Shown: positions 10,237 to 21,285 of the stretch, one piece after another
Layout of the letters: each line of letters begins with the position of its first letter
Position numbering within the stretch: the stretch's first letter is position 1
Assembly (NCBI GenBank): GCA_963701965.1
Contig: OY969695.1
Coordinates: forward strand, 704,001-768,000
DNA: 64,000 bases
Source of the DNA: an uncultured Gemmatimonadales bacterium
GTDB taxonomy: Bacteria; Gemmatimonadota; Gemmatimonadetes; Gemmatimonadales; Gemmatimonadaceae
Direction of reading: 5' to 3'
Program-made: the position numbers and the translations under genes
Notes under the pieces: generated by a model
The model's input: the letters and a program-made list of their open reading frames with translations, nothing else
What the model was told of the DNA's origin: nothing
Database searches by the model: none

Positions 10237-10511
10237 CAGAACGACGCCCTTCCATAGTCGGCACGGTGTTGAACGTGACCCAGATGACCGCGAAGCGCCG
10301 ACATGTTGTGGCATCGTATGTCGCGCTCACATCGCGCCGCCATACATCCGAATAGCGGCCTCTGCAGGCATCACGTTACGCCCAATCGAGCTAGGGCGCA
10401 AGATGTTTACTGCGAACGAGACGTGGGAACACTCGTGGTTCGACGGATCGGCCTTGGGAAGGAAAGTCGTGGCTTAACTGACCGCTCTCCGGTGATCGCC
10501 CGCGCAACTGA

Positions 10512-10636
10512 TCTTGTACCATCCCCCTGAATCGAGATTGGTTACCAAGAATCAACCCTAGGAATAAGGTCGCGCAGATTGCGAGGGTTGGCGCGCTTGC
10601 ACTAACAGGAGCTGGACTCGAACCCCCGATCTCGGC
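10512..10636 (-). repeat. Degenerate att site (tRNA-CAT 3' remnant, decayed hairpin and arm motif)
   Basis: TAACAGGAGCTGGACTCGAACCCCCGATCTCGGC (10603-10636) aligns with TAGCAGGGGCGGGACTCGAACCCGCGACCCCGGC (63393-63426); both have TCTTGTACCATC exactly 91 bp to the left. Confidence 0.75.
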
Positions 10637-10716
10637 GCCCCCCATTCCCCTGACGCAAGCGCTCCGGAACCGGAGACTCGTGGCTTCGCGTCGCCCTGTT
10701 CCCTACATTTGGCAGC

Positions 10717-12951
10717 GTGCTCAATAGGAAAGCTCTCCGCGGTGGCCTAGCAGCACTGGTCACCGGTCTCACTCTGGCTGCGAGCGTCAGCGCTCGATCT
10801 AACGCCCAAGCCGGACTGGCACCGGTCGCCGCAGCCCGACTCGTCGTCTCGCCAATCGCCCTCCGCCTCGACGTCGGCGGCACCGGATCGGTCCACGCCA
10901 CGGCCTACGACCCAAAAGGCGCCACGCTGGCCGCCGACTCGTACCAGACGACGTTCACCCTCGCGGATACGACGTTTGCGTCGGTCGACGCGCATGGGCT
11001 CGTGACCGGTCTCAAGGCCGGCTCGACCCGTCTGACTGTCCAGGTCCACGATCTCCTCCGCGACGTCATTGTGCGGGTGACGGCCGCCAAGCGCCGCATC
11101 GTTGTCCTCGAAATCGCCCCGAACCCGATCCTGCTCCTCCCGACCGAACGGGTGCACCCCACAGTCACGGCGCAGTACGACGATAGCTCGCACGAGGTCC
11201 TGTCGGCCGCCAGCTGGTCGGTCTTTGGGAAGGAGGCGATGTTCGACTCGGTCAGCGGCGACGTCGTCGGACTTGCCGCCGGGAAAGCCGTCCTGGGCGT
11301 GCGGTCGGCAGACGGGGTCTCCGCTTCCGTGCCCGTCGACGTCGCGCCGGCAGCGATCGAGAGCGTCCGCGACTCCGCGCTCATTGAGGAGGGGGCCGAT
11401 GATACGGTGCGGATGGTCGTGCCCGCGCAAAAACGGCGTGCGCTCGCCGGTGGCCTGCGGTGGCACGCGACCGGCGACATCGTGCATGTCGCCGACTCGA
11501 CGATCGGGATCGTCCACGCCGCCACGGCTGGCACATCCGAGATCGTCGTCGACGGCTTCGGACTCTCGAAGCACATCCCCGTACGCGTCTACCCGCGCGT
11601 CACGCTGGTCCGCTTTCGGCCCGACCCGTCGACTCCGGTGCGCCTCGCCGTGGGCGCCGCCATGATCATACGGGCGGAGCCGCTGGCGGCCGATTCGTCG
11701 CCGATCGCGGCGGCGCCTCCGCGCTGGAGCATCAGCGATACGACCGTGGCGACGTTCGACGCGCGCTCGGGCCGGCTGTTGGCGCATCGCCTGGGTCACG
11801 CGACTCTCGAATGCCGCTATCCGAACTTCGCGGCCACGAGCTGGCCGATCGACATCGTCGATGGAACGTTTGGCATTGATGGCAGCACCCCGCGGGTGGC
11901 GACCATGGGTATCGGGGCGCGCGTGTCGGCATCGTACCGCGATGCCCAGCATGGCCCGCTGGGAGCGCCAGCGACCGTGCATTGGGCATCGACCAACGAT
12001 GCCGTGGTCACGGTCGATTCCGCGGGTACCCTGACCGCGCATCGGGTAGGACGCGCGGTGATCACCGCCGCCGGGCCGGCCGGCGCGCGCGATTCGGTGT
12101 TGGTGTACGCGACGGGCCGATTGCTCGCCACCCGATGGGTGAGCGCGCACCAGAGCCAGCTCGTCACGCTGTCGCTCGAGCATCCGAAGCCCGTGGCACT
12201 CGCCGATACGAACCAGATCACCCGCGACGGCGCGTGGTCGCCCGATCGGACGCGGATCGCCTACGTCTCGGACGCGGGCAGCCGAGGGGATAAATGGACG
12301 GTGTACGTCGCGGATGCGGACGGCGGACACGCGCACGCGATCACGGCATCGGGCGACGGATTCGAGCACCCGACATGGTCGCCGGATGGCACGACGATCG
12401 CCGTCGCGCAGGGACGCAGCGGGCACCGGATGCGGCTCGTCACGTTGAGCCCGGACTCCACGACGCAGACGCCGAAACCGCTGGGTCGCGACCGGCTGTC
12501 GCTCCGCTGGCCGGCGTACGACTCCGCGGGCGCCTCCGTCATCGCGCTGGGAGAACGGGGCGACGAGCGCCACATTTATCGGGTGCACGCCAATGACGAG
12601 ACCGCGATCACGACCGGCCAGGGCGCCGAGTCGCATCCGATCGTGCTCAAAGACGGGTCGTTGGTGTATTTGGTGGACTCCGGTGGTACGGGTGTGGCCA
12701 TACAGGTGCTGCGCACATCGGGAGGCGACGAGCGGTCGGTCATCCTCGGCGCGCACGCGCTACCGGGACTCACCGACCTGGCCGTCTCGCCGGATGGTCA
12801 GATACTCGTGGTCGTGGTGTCCAAGACCGAGACGGCCAAAGGCCGCTCCCGGAAGCGCTCCCTACTCTATATAGTCGCGAAGCCCGGCGCCGCCCCTGTC
12901 CCACTCTTACCCGACGACGAGACGGACGACTTCAGCGATCCGGCGTTGTAA
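10717..12951 (+). CDS. Secreted Ig-like (Big_2) repeat protein with C-terminal TolB/PD40 beta-propeller
   Basis: Signal peptide; Big_2 repeats (ASVDAHGLVTGLKAGST, WSISDTTVATFD, WASTNDAVVTVDSAGTLTA); PD40 motifs WSPDRTRIAYVS, PTWSPDGTTIA, VSPDGQ. Confidence 0.8.
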   Translation: MLNRKALRGGLAALVTGLTLAASVSARSNAQAGLAPVAAARLVVSPIALRLDVGGTGSVHATAYDPKGATLAADSYQTTFTLADTTFASVDAHGLVTGLKAGSTRLTVQVHDLLRDVIVRVTAAKRRIVVLEIAPNPILLLPTERVHPTVTAQYDDSSHEVLSAASWSVFGKEAMFDSVSGDVVGLAAGKAVLGVRSADGVSASVPVDVAPAAIESVRDSALIEEGADDTVRMVVPAQKRRALAGGLRWHATGDIVHVADSTIGIVHAATAGTSEIVVDGFGLSKHIPVRVYPRVTLVRFRPDPSTPVRLAVGAAMIIRAEPLAADSSPIAAAPPRWSISDTTVATFDARSGRLLAHRLGHATLECRYPNFAATSWPIDIVDGTFGIDGSTPRVATMGIGARVSASYRDAQHGPLGAPATVHWASTNDAVVTVDSAGTLTAHRVGRAVITAAGPAGARDSVLVYATGRLLATRWVSAHQSQLVTLSLEHPKPVALADTNQITRDGAWSPDRTRIAYVSDAGSRGDKWTVYVADADGGHAHAITASGDGFEHPTWSPDGTTIAVAQGRSGHRMRLVTLSPDSTTQTPKPLGRDRLSLRWPAYDSAGASVIALGERGDERHIYRVHANDETAITTGQGAESHPIVLKDGSLVYLVDSGGTGVAIQVLRTSGGDERSVILGAHALPGLTDLAVSPDGQILVVVVSKTETAKGRSRKRSLLYIVAKPGAAPVPLLPDDETDDFSDPAL

Positions 12952-15124
12952 CCGTCGGGTCGGCGACGTGCACGGCGACGTCCGACCCTTGGAAGACCAC
13001 GCTGAGGGCGACGGCGTCGCGGCCGGCGATGAGCGCGGCGGGCGGCGGTCCGAAGGTCGCAATGTTCTGGACTGCCGCGCCGAGGGCGTCGTCGTACGCC
13101 GCCACGTTCGAGAGCTCGACCGGCGTCACGTGGCGGACGCGCCCGTCCGCGCCAATGAGGAGCGCGAAGGTCGCGTGCTCTGATCCTTGCGGCTTGGCGT
13201 CTTGGAGCGCCGAGCGCGACGCGGTTCGCACGACCGACTCGACGCTCGCCAGGTACCCCGGGACATCGGTCGCGGCGCGGGTCGTCGTGGGTCGCGTGGT
13301 CGGCGTCTTGGGCGGTGTCGCCGGCGGCGGTGCCGCGGACGGTGCAGGCGGCGCGACCGCGGACGGTGTCGCGGGCGCCGGTGCGCGCGTCGCCGCGGCT
13401 AACGGCGCCGCGGTGACCTCGTGGCCCGCCCCGAGGCGCGCGCGTTGCATCACGAACATCCACGCGCCGCCGATCGCCGCCGCCGCGACCACGCCCGCGC
13501 CGATCCGGAGCGCGACGCGGTGCCGCCATATGCGTTGCTTCCGCTCGAGCGCACCCAGCAGGTGGTCGAGGGCCTGCCACATCTCCTGCGCAGTGTGATA
13601 GCGGTCCTCGGGCTCCGCACTTAGCGCGCGCTTGATGATCGCGTCCAGTGCGCGCGGCACGCCCTCCCGTGCCCGGCGCTCGCGGCGCTTGGGCTTCGTG
13701 GTGGTCGCGGACGCGAACGCGCGCCGTCCCGTAATGGCCTCGTACAGGACGCAGCCGAGTGAGTACACATTGCTCCGCGCATTGACGGGATCACCCGCCA
13801 GCTGCTCGGGGCTCATGTACTGTGGCGTACCGATCACGAAGCCCGTGCGGGTCACTCGCGAGTTGCTGCCCGCTTCCTCGGCGGCTTTGGAGATGCCGAA
13901 GTCGACCACCTTCACGAAATCGTCGCCTGCGGCCGTGCGCGTCAACATGATGTTGTCAGGCTTGAGGTCGCGGTGCACGATCCCGAGATCGTGCGCGGCC
14001 TGCAGCGCGGCGGCCGTATCCCGCGCAATCCGCACGGCACGCGGGATGTCGAGCCAGACTTCGCGGGCAATCACGGCACCCAGCGTCTCACCGTCGATGT
14101 ACTCGAGGACGATGTAGACGAGACCGTCCGACGTCTCCTCGAAATCGTACACGACAGCGACGTTGGGATGCGCGATCCGGCTCGCGTTGCGTGCCTCGGC
14201 GTCGAACCGCCTGATCGACTCGGGGTGTCCGACGAGGCTGGGCGACAGCACTTTGAGCGCGCTCCGCCGCTTGATCCGCACATGCTCGGCGAGATACACG
14301 CGGCCCATGCCGCCCTCACCGAGCAGGCGCTGGACGCGGAACTTCCCGCCCACGATCCGGCCGGTGAGATCGACCGACGCAGCCGACGGATCGACTGCGC
14401 GCACTTCCGCCGAGGGACGCGGCTTCGGCGCCGGCTTGTCCGCAGCGCTCGTGACCAGGGCGCGGTCATTCGGCTGGAGGGGGCCGATTTCGCCACTATG
14501 CGGCGATGACCGGCGGTGGGTCGCCGTGACGCTGGGTCGCCGCAGCCGGCCGACGGGCACGGCTCGCATCGCGCCGTCACGTCCCTCGATCCGTTCGAAC
14601 GCGAGCACGACGATCTCGCCCGTGGAATCTTCCCGGACGAAGGCCACGATGCTGCCGGCGGCGGTCGACAGTTCGCCCACGGGCGTGCAATCGGGCCCGA
14701 GCACCGCGGCCACCGCCGGTCGCGCGTTGGCCCGCGACCATGCGCCGCGGGGAACGTCCGTCAGCGCCGTACTGCGCCGACAATGAGGGCAGACCGCGCT
14801 CCACGTCGGGAGTCGGTGCGCGCACTGGCGGCACAGTAGGTCGCGCGCGGGGACGCTCTCGTCGAGCGTGTCGTGGTAGGTGACCTCGTACGAATCGAGC
14901 GCCGTCGTCCGAGTGCTATCGATGACACGGTCCACGACGACAAGCCGGAGCGCCTGTTCTGCGCCGCGCCGGACCGCGACGTACACGATCCGCTGCCCAT
15001 CGTCCGAAACGCCGAGTTCGCCACACAGGTCGTGGTCGGCGGCCACCAGATCTTGCACGGCCGTCCAGAGCGCGCCTTCTGTGGATGTGGCAACGATCCG
15101 CTGGGTGCCGGACGAGCCGATCAT
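12932..15124 (-). CDS. Membrane Ser/Thr protein kinase with N-terminal Zn-ribbon region and C-terminal TonB_C-like domain
   Basis: LGEGGMGRVY, ALKVL, HRDLKPDN, VVDFG, GTPQYMSPEQ; TM segment, Pro/Ala linker, IGADGRV...YDDALGAAV...FGPPP; CRQC/CPHC upstream. Confidence 0.88.
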   Translation of the reverse strand: MIGSSGTQRIVATSTEGALWTAVQDLVAADHDLCGELGVSDDGQRIVYVAVRRGAEQALRLVVVDRVIDSTRTTALDSYEVTYHDTLDESVPARDLLCRQCAHRLPTWSAVCPHCRRSTALTDVPRGAWSRANARPAVAAVLGPDCTPVGELSTAAGSIVAFVREDSTGEIVVLAFERIEGRDGAMRAVPVGRLRRPSVTATHRRSSPHSGEIGPLQPNDRALVTSAADKPAPKPRPSAEVRAVDPSAASVDLTGRIVGGKFRVQRLLGEGGMGRVYLAEHVRIKRRSALKVLSPSLVGHPESIRRFDAEARNASRIAHPNVAVVYDFEETSDGLVYIVLEYIDGETLGAVIAREVWLDIPRAVRIARDTAAALQAAHDLGIVHRDLKPDNIMLTRTAAGDDFVKVVDFGISKAAEEAGSNSRVTRTGFVIGTPQYMSPEQLAGDPVNARSNVYSLGCVLYEAITGRRAFASATTTKPKRRERRAREGVPRALDAIIKRALSAEPEDRYHTAQEMWQALDHLLGALERKQRIWRHRVALRIGAGVVAAAAIGGAWMFVMQRARLGAGHEVTAAPLAAATRAPAPATPSAVAPPAPSAAPPPATPPKTPTTRPTTTRAATDVPGYLASVESVVRTASRSALQDAKPQGSEHATFALLIGADGRVRHVTPVELSNVAAYDDALGAAVQNIATFGPPPAALIAGRDAVALSVVFQGSDVAVHVADPTVTTPDR

Positions 15125-15282
15125 GTCACCCTAATTTGCGCTCCGGGCTCGACTTGGGCCAGATCATCCGTGCAGCCACTCTTCACCGAATGTTTGTGCC
15201 GACACTTGGCCACCGAGTACGGCGAGGAGCGTCGGGTCGCCCTTCGCCGCAGCGCAACTTGGGAGTACCGCAACTCTATCGC

Positions 15283-15336
15283 TGTAGCCATATTGACACA
15301 CGATAGTGCCCCGATTACGCTTCGTTAGTTGCTACA
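15283..15336 (+). promoter_or_regulatory. Sigma70 promoter with flanking inverted half-sites for the TA operon
   Basis: TTGACA (15293) - 17 bp - TACGCT (15316); TGTAGC (15283) and GCTACA (15331); AGGAG SD follows. Confidence 0.55.
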
Positions 15337-15345
15337 GGAGTCCCG

Positions 15346-15633
15346 ATGAAGCTCGTGAGTGTGCGCGATCTGCGGAACCGTCCCGGCGTTGTGCAAGACG
15401 TGGTTGCCGAACAGTCGGTGGCCCTGACGTCAAACGGAAAACCATTCGCGCTCGTGATTGGCATCGATGCCGACGAGGACCTCACTGAGGTCGAGGCGGC
15501 GGTGCGGGCCGCGCGGGCCCAGCTCGCCGTGTCCCGGCTCCGCCGCCGCGCCGCCCGCACGGGGTCCGATCGCCTGACCCTCGCCGAGATCAATGCGGAG
15601 ATCGACGCGGCGCGCCGCGAGCGGAGGCAATAG
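15346..15633 (+). CDS. Phd/YefM-like antitoxin
   Basis: MKLVSVRDLRN...VALTSNGKPFAL; C-terminal LTLAEINAEIDAARRER; upstream of a PIN gene. Confidence 0.8.
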   Translation: MKLVSVRDLRNRPGVVQDVVAEQSVALTSNGKPFALVIGIDADEDLTEVEAAVRAARAQLAVSRLRRRAARTGSDRLTLAEINAEIDAARRERRQ

Positions 15634-15638
15634 CATCG

Positions 15639-16076
15639 GTGACTAGCGTTGGGCCCGTCCGCGTCGCCGTCGACACGAACGTCCTCGTCTCCGGCCTATT
15701 GCGGGCAGACGGGCCACCCGGGCGCATCGTTGAGCTGGTGGCGATCGGGCGCATCTCGACACTGTACGACGACCGGATCATCGACGAGTACCAAGACGTG
15801 CTGCGCCGTCCACGCTTCGACTTCGGCGCGAGGGCGGTTGACGCAATCGTTTCACAGATCCGCGGCGGCGGCGAACCCGTTGTGGCCGAACCGCTCGCGT
15901 TGGTGTTGCCCGATCCCGATGACATGCCATTTCTCGAGGTCGCGGCGACCGGCGCGGCCAGTGTCCTCATCACCGGCAACGCATCGCACTTCAAACCGTC
16001 CACAGGGACCCACCGCGTGCCGATCATTTCGCCCCGTGACTTTCTCGCGAAGTGGCCAGGTCAGGAGATCCGATAA
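15639..16076 (+). CDS. PIN-domain toxin (VapC/PIN_3 family)
   Basis: VAVDTNVLVSGL, EYQDVL.RP, LPDPDDMPFLEVA, LITGN..HF. Confidence 0.88.
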   Translation: MTSVGPVRVAVDTNVLVSGLLRADGPPGRIVELVAIGRISTLYDDRIIDEYQDVLRRPRFDFGARAVDAIVSQIRGGGEPVVAEPLALVLPDPDDMPFLEVAATGAASVLITGNASHFKPSTGTHRVPIISPRDFLAKWPGQEIR

Positions 16077-16293
16077 TGGCGATTGGGGTTGATCCACTCG
16101 ACACGTGATCACACCCACTCCCGCCGTGGCAGCGGACCGCCCAATCGACGTCATGATCTCGTCGAACGCTTTCGGATCCGAGACGGGCACGGTCACACGC
16201 GCCGGACGTTGTGCCGGTCTCCGCCCGCCTCGACGACGACAATGGCCCGGAGATCGCTCTCCGGGCCATTGCGTTTTCAGGCCGAGACCGGCG

Positions 16294-17796
16294 CTATGAG
16301 CAAACCGGCGCGAAGTGCATATCCCGCTGCTGTTGTTCGATATGCGGGATGTTCTCTTGCAATGTATGCAGGTCCGTTCCGACGTCCGTATAGTGCTCCC
16401 AGGTCGTCAGGTCCACCATGATGAGACCATAGTCGCGGATCGCGGTGATCTGGTCGCCGGTGCCATCGTCCGTGAGTGAAGGGATCATTTCCTTCATCAG
16501 GAGATCGCGAACGTGCACATAGTCGGTCGCCGCGAGCGGCAGCGCGCTGGAGAGCCGACCGACGACCGTGCGCACGTTGTCCACGATCAATGCCGCCTTC
16601 GCGTAATTGCCGATGCCGAGATACGCCCGCGCGAGCAGGAACTGCAATTCGACATTGCGGATGATCGGTATCGGGGTCGACAAGCCGAGGTTGTTCAAGT
16701 ATGCGTAGCTCGACGCGCTTTCGTGACCGGTCAATGTTGGCAGCGCCGGCGCCTGAGCGAACTTCGCCAGGAATCGCTGGTCATGCAGCGTATCGATCTG
16801 TTGCACCGCGGTTTCCATCGCGAAGTCCGCCGCCCCGATGTTGAAGATTGGATTCGGGAGATCGTTCGCGGCGCTCGAGTACGAGTGGAACACGCCAATA
16901 TCGTTGAAGTTTACCGCTTCCGCGGCAGTGAGCGTCGGCGAGTACAGGCTGGATGCCGTGATATCAATGATCGCCGAGTCGAGCTGATTCATGTCCGGTG
17001 CGCCAGCGGACGTCGGCGTTGGGCGGGTCCCGCCGGGTCCATTCGCGACCGCGTATGCGAGCTCGACACGCGAGCGTCCGCGGAGCGCGAGCACAAAGTT
17101 CATCCAACCGCCGGCGGTATTGCCGATCGCGGCGAAGCCCGGCGGAACCTGCAACGCAGCGAAGGCCGAGCCGGGCATACCCATGACGGTATTCGGCCCG
17201 GCGGCCGTAAACTGTACTTGCGCCGTGTCGAGCATCGCGATGATCGCGCGCCAGGCATCCCTGGCGCAGACAATCGGTGCGAGATTACCGCCGGAGGTCG
17301 GTCCACCCACGTTGTCGATCGCAATGCCGACCGTGTCGTGCGACAACAAGACGTACATGTAGTTGACGGCTTTCCACGTTTCCATGGCGCCCTGGAGGGC
17401 CTTCATGTTCGCCGTCGGGATGGCGGCCCCCGCATTGGTGAGCGTCGGCAGCACGCCGATGACGGAGTCTGCATTTTTGATGGCCTCGTACTCCTCATTC
17501 CACGTATCCGCGCCGAAGTTGTCGTCATCGAGCGGGTTGACACCGGTGTACTCGGTGACGAAGCGCCCATCGGATGGCGTATAGTACGCCGAGTTCCGGG
17601 CGAACCCGTCCGTCTCCTCTTTGAAGAAAATCAGATTGGTTCGGGTTTGGCTGAACGCACCGGTGATCTCGTTTTGCAGCGCGGAGACAGAGTGCTGGAA
17701 TCCCGTTGGGACGTTGAAGTCGGGCACGAGCGCTTCGTTGCAGGCTGCCAGCGCCGTACCCGCGGCGAGCACCGCCACTGTGTGATATATGCGCAT
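16294..17796 (-). CDS. RagB/SusD-family outer-membrane lipoprotein
   Basis: Lipobox LAAC, PIIRNVELQFLLARA motif, immediately downstream of a SusC-like gene. Confidence 0.8.
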   Translation of the reverse strand: MRIYHTVAVLAAGTALAACNEALVPDFNVPTGFQHSVSALQNEITGAFSQTRTNLIFFKEETDGFARNSAYYTPSDGRFVTEYTGVNPLDDDNFGADTWNEEYEAIKNADSVIGVLPTLTNAGAAIPTANMKALQGAMETWKAVNYMYVLLSHDTVGIAIDNVGGPTSGGNLAPIVCARDAWRAIIAMLDTAQVQFTAAGPNTVMGMPGSAFAALQVPPGFAAIGNTAGGWMNFVLALRGRSRVELAYAVANGPGGTRPTPTSAGAPDMNQLDSAIIDITASSLYSPTLTAAEAVNFNDIGVFHSYSSAANDLPNPIFNIGAADFAMETAVQQIDTLHDQRFLAKFAQAPALPTLTGHESASSYAYLNNLGLSTPIPIIRNVELQFLLARAYLGIGNYAKAALIVDNVRTVVGRLSSALPLAATDYVHVRDLLMKEMIPSLTDDGTGDQITAIRDYGLIMVDLTTWEHYTDVGTDLHTLQENIPHIEQQQRDMHFAPVCS

Positions 17797-17799
17797 GGA

Positions 17800-20776
17800 T
17801 CAGAATCCCAGGTCGAGGGCGACGAAGTAGCTGCGGGTCGGCGGGAACGGTGTCACATCCTGTCCGCGCCCGAACTGTACGGTGCCGAAGTTCGAGACTT
17901 CGGGGTCGAGGCCCGGGTAGTTGGTCCACGTGATCAGGTTGCGGCCCGTCACGATGAGGCTCGCGTGCTGCAGATAGCCGTGCCCTATCCCACGGACGAA
18001 CCGCTGCGGCAGGTCCCATTTCCCGGTCAGCTCGCGCAGCTTGAGGAACGACGCGTGCTGGACGTACGGGGACTGGCCATTTTGCGCCGCGTTGACACGC
18101 GCCTTCGAGGCTGCCGTATCCGCGAGGTTGCCTTGGATGCCGGCGATGCCAAAGGCGTAGTCCCAGTACTGCTGCGTCAGGTCATCGACCGCCATGCCGT
18201 CGCGCCAGTCGAAGAACACGTGGAGATGGAACGGCCCGTAATTCAGATCGTTGCCGAAACCGACCGTGAGCGCCGGCGCGACGTTGCCCACCTGCACCAG
18301 CGTCCCCGAGGCCGCCGACGACGCCGTGTAGCCGTAGATCGCGTTTGCTGACGCGCCCGGTTGAATGATGTAGCCTCCGAACGGCTGGTAGCCAAAGAAG
18401 CTGCCCGCCTCGAACGCCGGGATCGGAAGGTTGTCCACGCGGTCATAGACACGCGAGTACGCCGCGCTGGTGCTCCATGAGAACTTGCCTGCCTGAATTG
18501 GCGTCGCGTTCAGCGACAGCTCGAGACCCTGGTTGGTGATCTGGCCGCCGTTCACCCATGCCGAGGCATATCCAACGGAGGGAAGCACATTCTCTTGCAG
18601 CAGCAGGTTCGTGACGCGCTTCTGGAAGACCGTTGCGTTGAGCGCCATCCGCCCCCTGAACATGGTCAGATCGGCGCCGGTCTCGATGCTGGTGTTGGTC
18701 TCCGGACGAATGTTCGGATCGCCCAGGACTGTCCCGAACCCGGTACTCGGAATGGCGTCGTAGTTCGTCACCTTCGCCGCGTCGAATTTCGCGCCATAGA
18801 TCGGCAGCGTACCAGCCTGGCCGTACGCCGCGCGGATCTTGAGCTCATTGTCGCCCGTCAACACGCGGAACGAGCCCGCGATCTTCGGATACAGATAGAA
18901 CTTGTTGACGTTGCCGTTGTTCGAGCTCCGCTCGGCGTTGATGCCGCCGGTGAGGGCCAGTCGCTCGTTAAAGACCAACACCTGCTCCTGTGCGTAGTAG
19001 CCGGCGTCGTTCGATTCCGTCTGCTGATAGTACGGGGTGATCAGCGCCCCATTGGTGAACGCGTACGCGCCGGCCGGCAGGCCAGTGGCATTGTCGGCGG
19101 TTTGGTAGGTCGCGTCCTTGTCTCGCGTCAGACCGACCGACGTGGTCGCCGAGACCAGTGTGCTCGGCGTCCACGTGTGGATCACGCTGACCGACCAGTT
19201 CGAGAGCCGGTCGTAGCCCTGGTTACTCATGCTGACGCCGGGAGTCGGAACCAACGAGGAGTTCTCGACCTGGAGGTTCGGGGGTGCGAACAACTGCGTA
19301 TGCTCGTTCACGAAGTCGGCGCCACCGACCGCCGCGATCTCGAGGCGTTGCTTCGTCGCGGTGAAGACGTTCCACGTCGCGGTTCCGCCGAGCGTGGTCC
19401 GGTTCACTTCGTCCGGCGTCTGCATGTATAGCGCATCCTGGAAAGCATTGGCCGGGGCCCCACGGATTATTCACGAATCCGCCGCCCTGATGGCAGCTCA
19501 TGCAGAAGAACGATGGCGTATAGGACAGCACGTCATACCCCGCGATACCGAGGTTGTCGTTGCCGTTGACACCGGTGCGGGTCAGCGACGAGGTATAGGC
19601 GAGGTTCGCCGCCACGCTGATCGTCGAGAACAGGATCTGGTTCACACTGGCGCGGGCTGACTGCTTGTTGTATCCGGTGTTGAGCTGCGCGCCGTTGTCA
19701 TATTTGGTGAGACCCGACAGGAAGTAGGTGGTCGTCGGCGTGCCTCCCCGCACGGTCAGATCGGTCTCGTTCGAGAGCTGCCTGTTCCCGTACAGCGACC
19801 CTTGCAAGTCGCAGTAGCCATTGCACGCATCATAGTTCGCCAATACCTCCGCCTTGCTCATCCCAATGGCGCCGCCCATGGCGTCTGCTTGGTCCAAGGT
19901 GAAGTGCCGCGCGTCGAACTCGTGTTCCAGCTCGTAGTGGCCGACCCTTTCGGTTGCATCGATCTCGGGCTTGGAGACGTTGCCCTTCTTGGTCGTGATC
20001 ACCACCACGCCGGCGGCCGCGCGGCTGCCGTAGATCGAGGCCGCCGCCGCGCCTTCCAGTACCTGCATCGACTCGATGTCGTTCGGGTTCAGGTCTGCGA
20101 TGCGGTTGATCGACTGGTCCTGCGTGCTCGGCTTTCCGTTTCTGCCGTTCGCGTTGGTCAGGTTGTTCAAGCCGGTCTGAAACACCGCGTCGGAGACCAA
20201 GACGCCGTCAACGACGAAGAGCGGTTCGGTATTGCCGTTGATCGACGTGACGCCGCGGACGTTGACCTGCAAGCCGCCACCAGGGGCGCCGGAGTTCTGA
20301 TCGATCTGTACGCCCGGGACCTTCCCTTGGAGCGCGTTTTCAATGGTCGCGGCCGGTGCCCCATTGAGCTGTTCGCTGGTCACCACCGGGTCGTACGTCG
20401 CGGCGTTCTTGCTCTGCACCGTCGTCGCCACGCCCGTGATCACCTCTTGCTCGAGGTGCAGCACGTCCTGCTTGAGGGTGACCGCGTACTCCGTCTGGCC
20501 CCGTACCAGGGATATTGTGGCGGCGATGTAGCCGATCCGGCGGACTTCGATCGACTTGGCGTCGGCCGGAATGTTGCGGAGTGCGAATCGGCCGCTATCC
20601 GAGGTGATCGTGCCGAGGACGGTTCCCGTCACGGTAATCCGGACCGCGGGAATTGGAAACTTGCCGTCCAGATCAGTGACTTGTCCTGTGATACGCTGCG
20701 TTTCTTGGCCAGACGCGCTCCGCACAAGGGCAAGCGCAAGCGCTACGGCCGTCGCGATAGACGAACGTACTCTCAA
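17800..20776 (-). CDS. SusC/RagA TonB-dependent receptor (one frameshift near 19455)
   Basis: Two ORFs (19223..20776, 17800..19425) join after removing one base in a G/C run; EPLFVVDGV, DLNPNDIES...IYGSRAAAGVVVITTKKG, YPGLDPEVSN, C-terminal LDLGF. Confidence 0.88.
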
Positions 20777-20971
20777 GGTGCCTCCGGCAGATTGTGTGGT
20801 GAGGATCGTGCGGTGGCCGGCACGAGGCTCGGCGACTCTAGAACAACGGACGTTCGATGAGGATGTGGACCTCCGGCGTGAGGAACGCGACTCGTTCGAT
20901 GCTTATAGTCGTCGGAGACAGCCGGGTTTGGACATCGAGGTCAGTGTGCATGCGGACAGGGGATGTGTATT

Positions 20972-20999
20972 CCAACCTTTTCGGCATCCGGGACTACCC
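20972..20999 (+). promoter_or_regulatory. Putative ECF promoter (CCAACC-N17-TACCC)
   Basis: Same motif and spacing as at 22618 and 23768. Confidence 0.5.
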
Positions 21000-21039
21000 A
21001 CTTGTGAGAGGTAGTACGGACACTTGTCGAGGAGAGCGA

Positions 21040-21285
21040 GTGAAGTATTTGCGCATGGTCTATCTTGACGAGACCAAGGCGGACGCGTTGTCCGAGGAGC
21101 AAGTGCAGGCGTTGGACGCCGCCACCCACGCCTGCCAGTACGCCCTGCGGAAGATCGGCCAGCGCATGGCGGCGGAGGCACTGCAGTCCGTTCCGGTGGT
21201 GACGACCGTGCGCTTGCGACGCGGAAGGGTGTCAATGACGGACGGGCCATTTGCCGAGACCAACGAGCAGATTGGCGGGTCCTAA
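21040..21285 (+). pseudogene. Truncated YciI/DGPF-family protein
   Basis: VKYLRMVY...TTVR...TDGPFAETNEQIGG then stop; the usual C-terminal part is missing. Confidence 0.7.
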
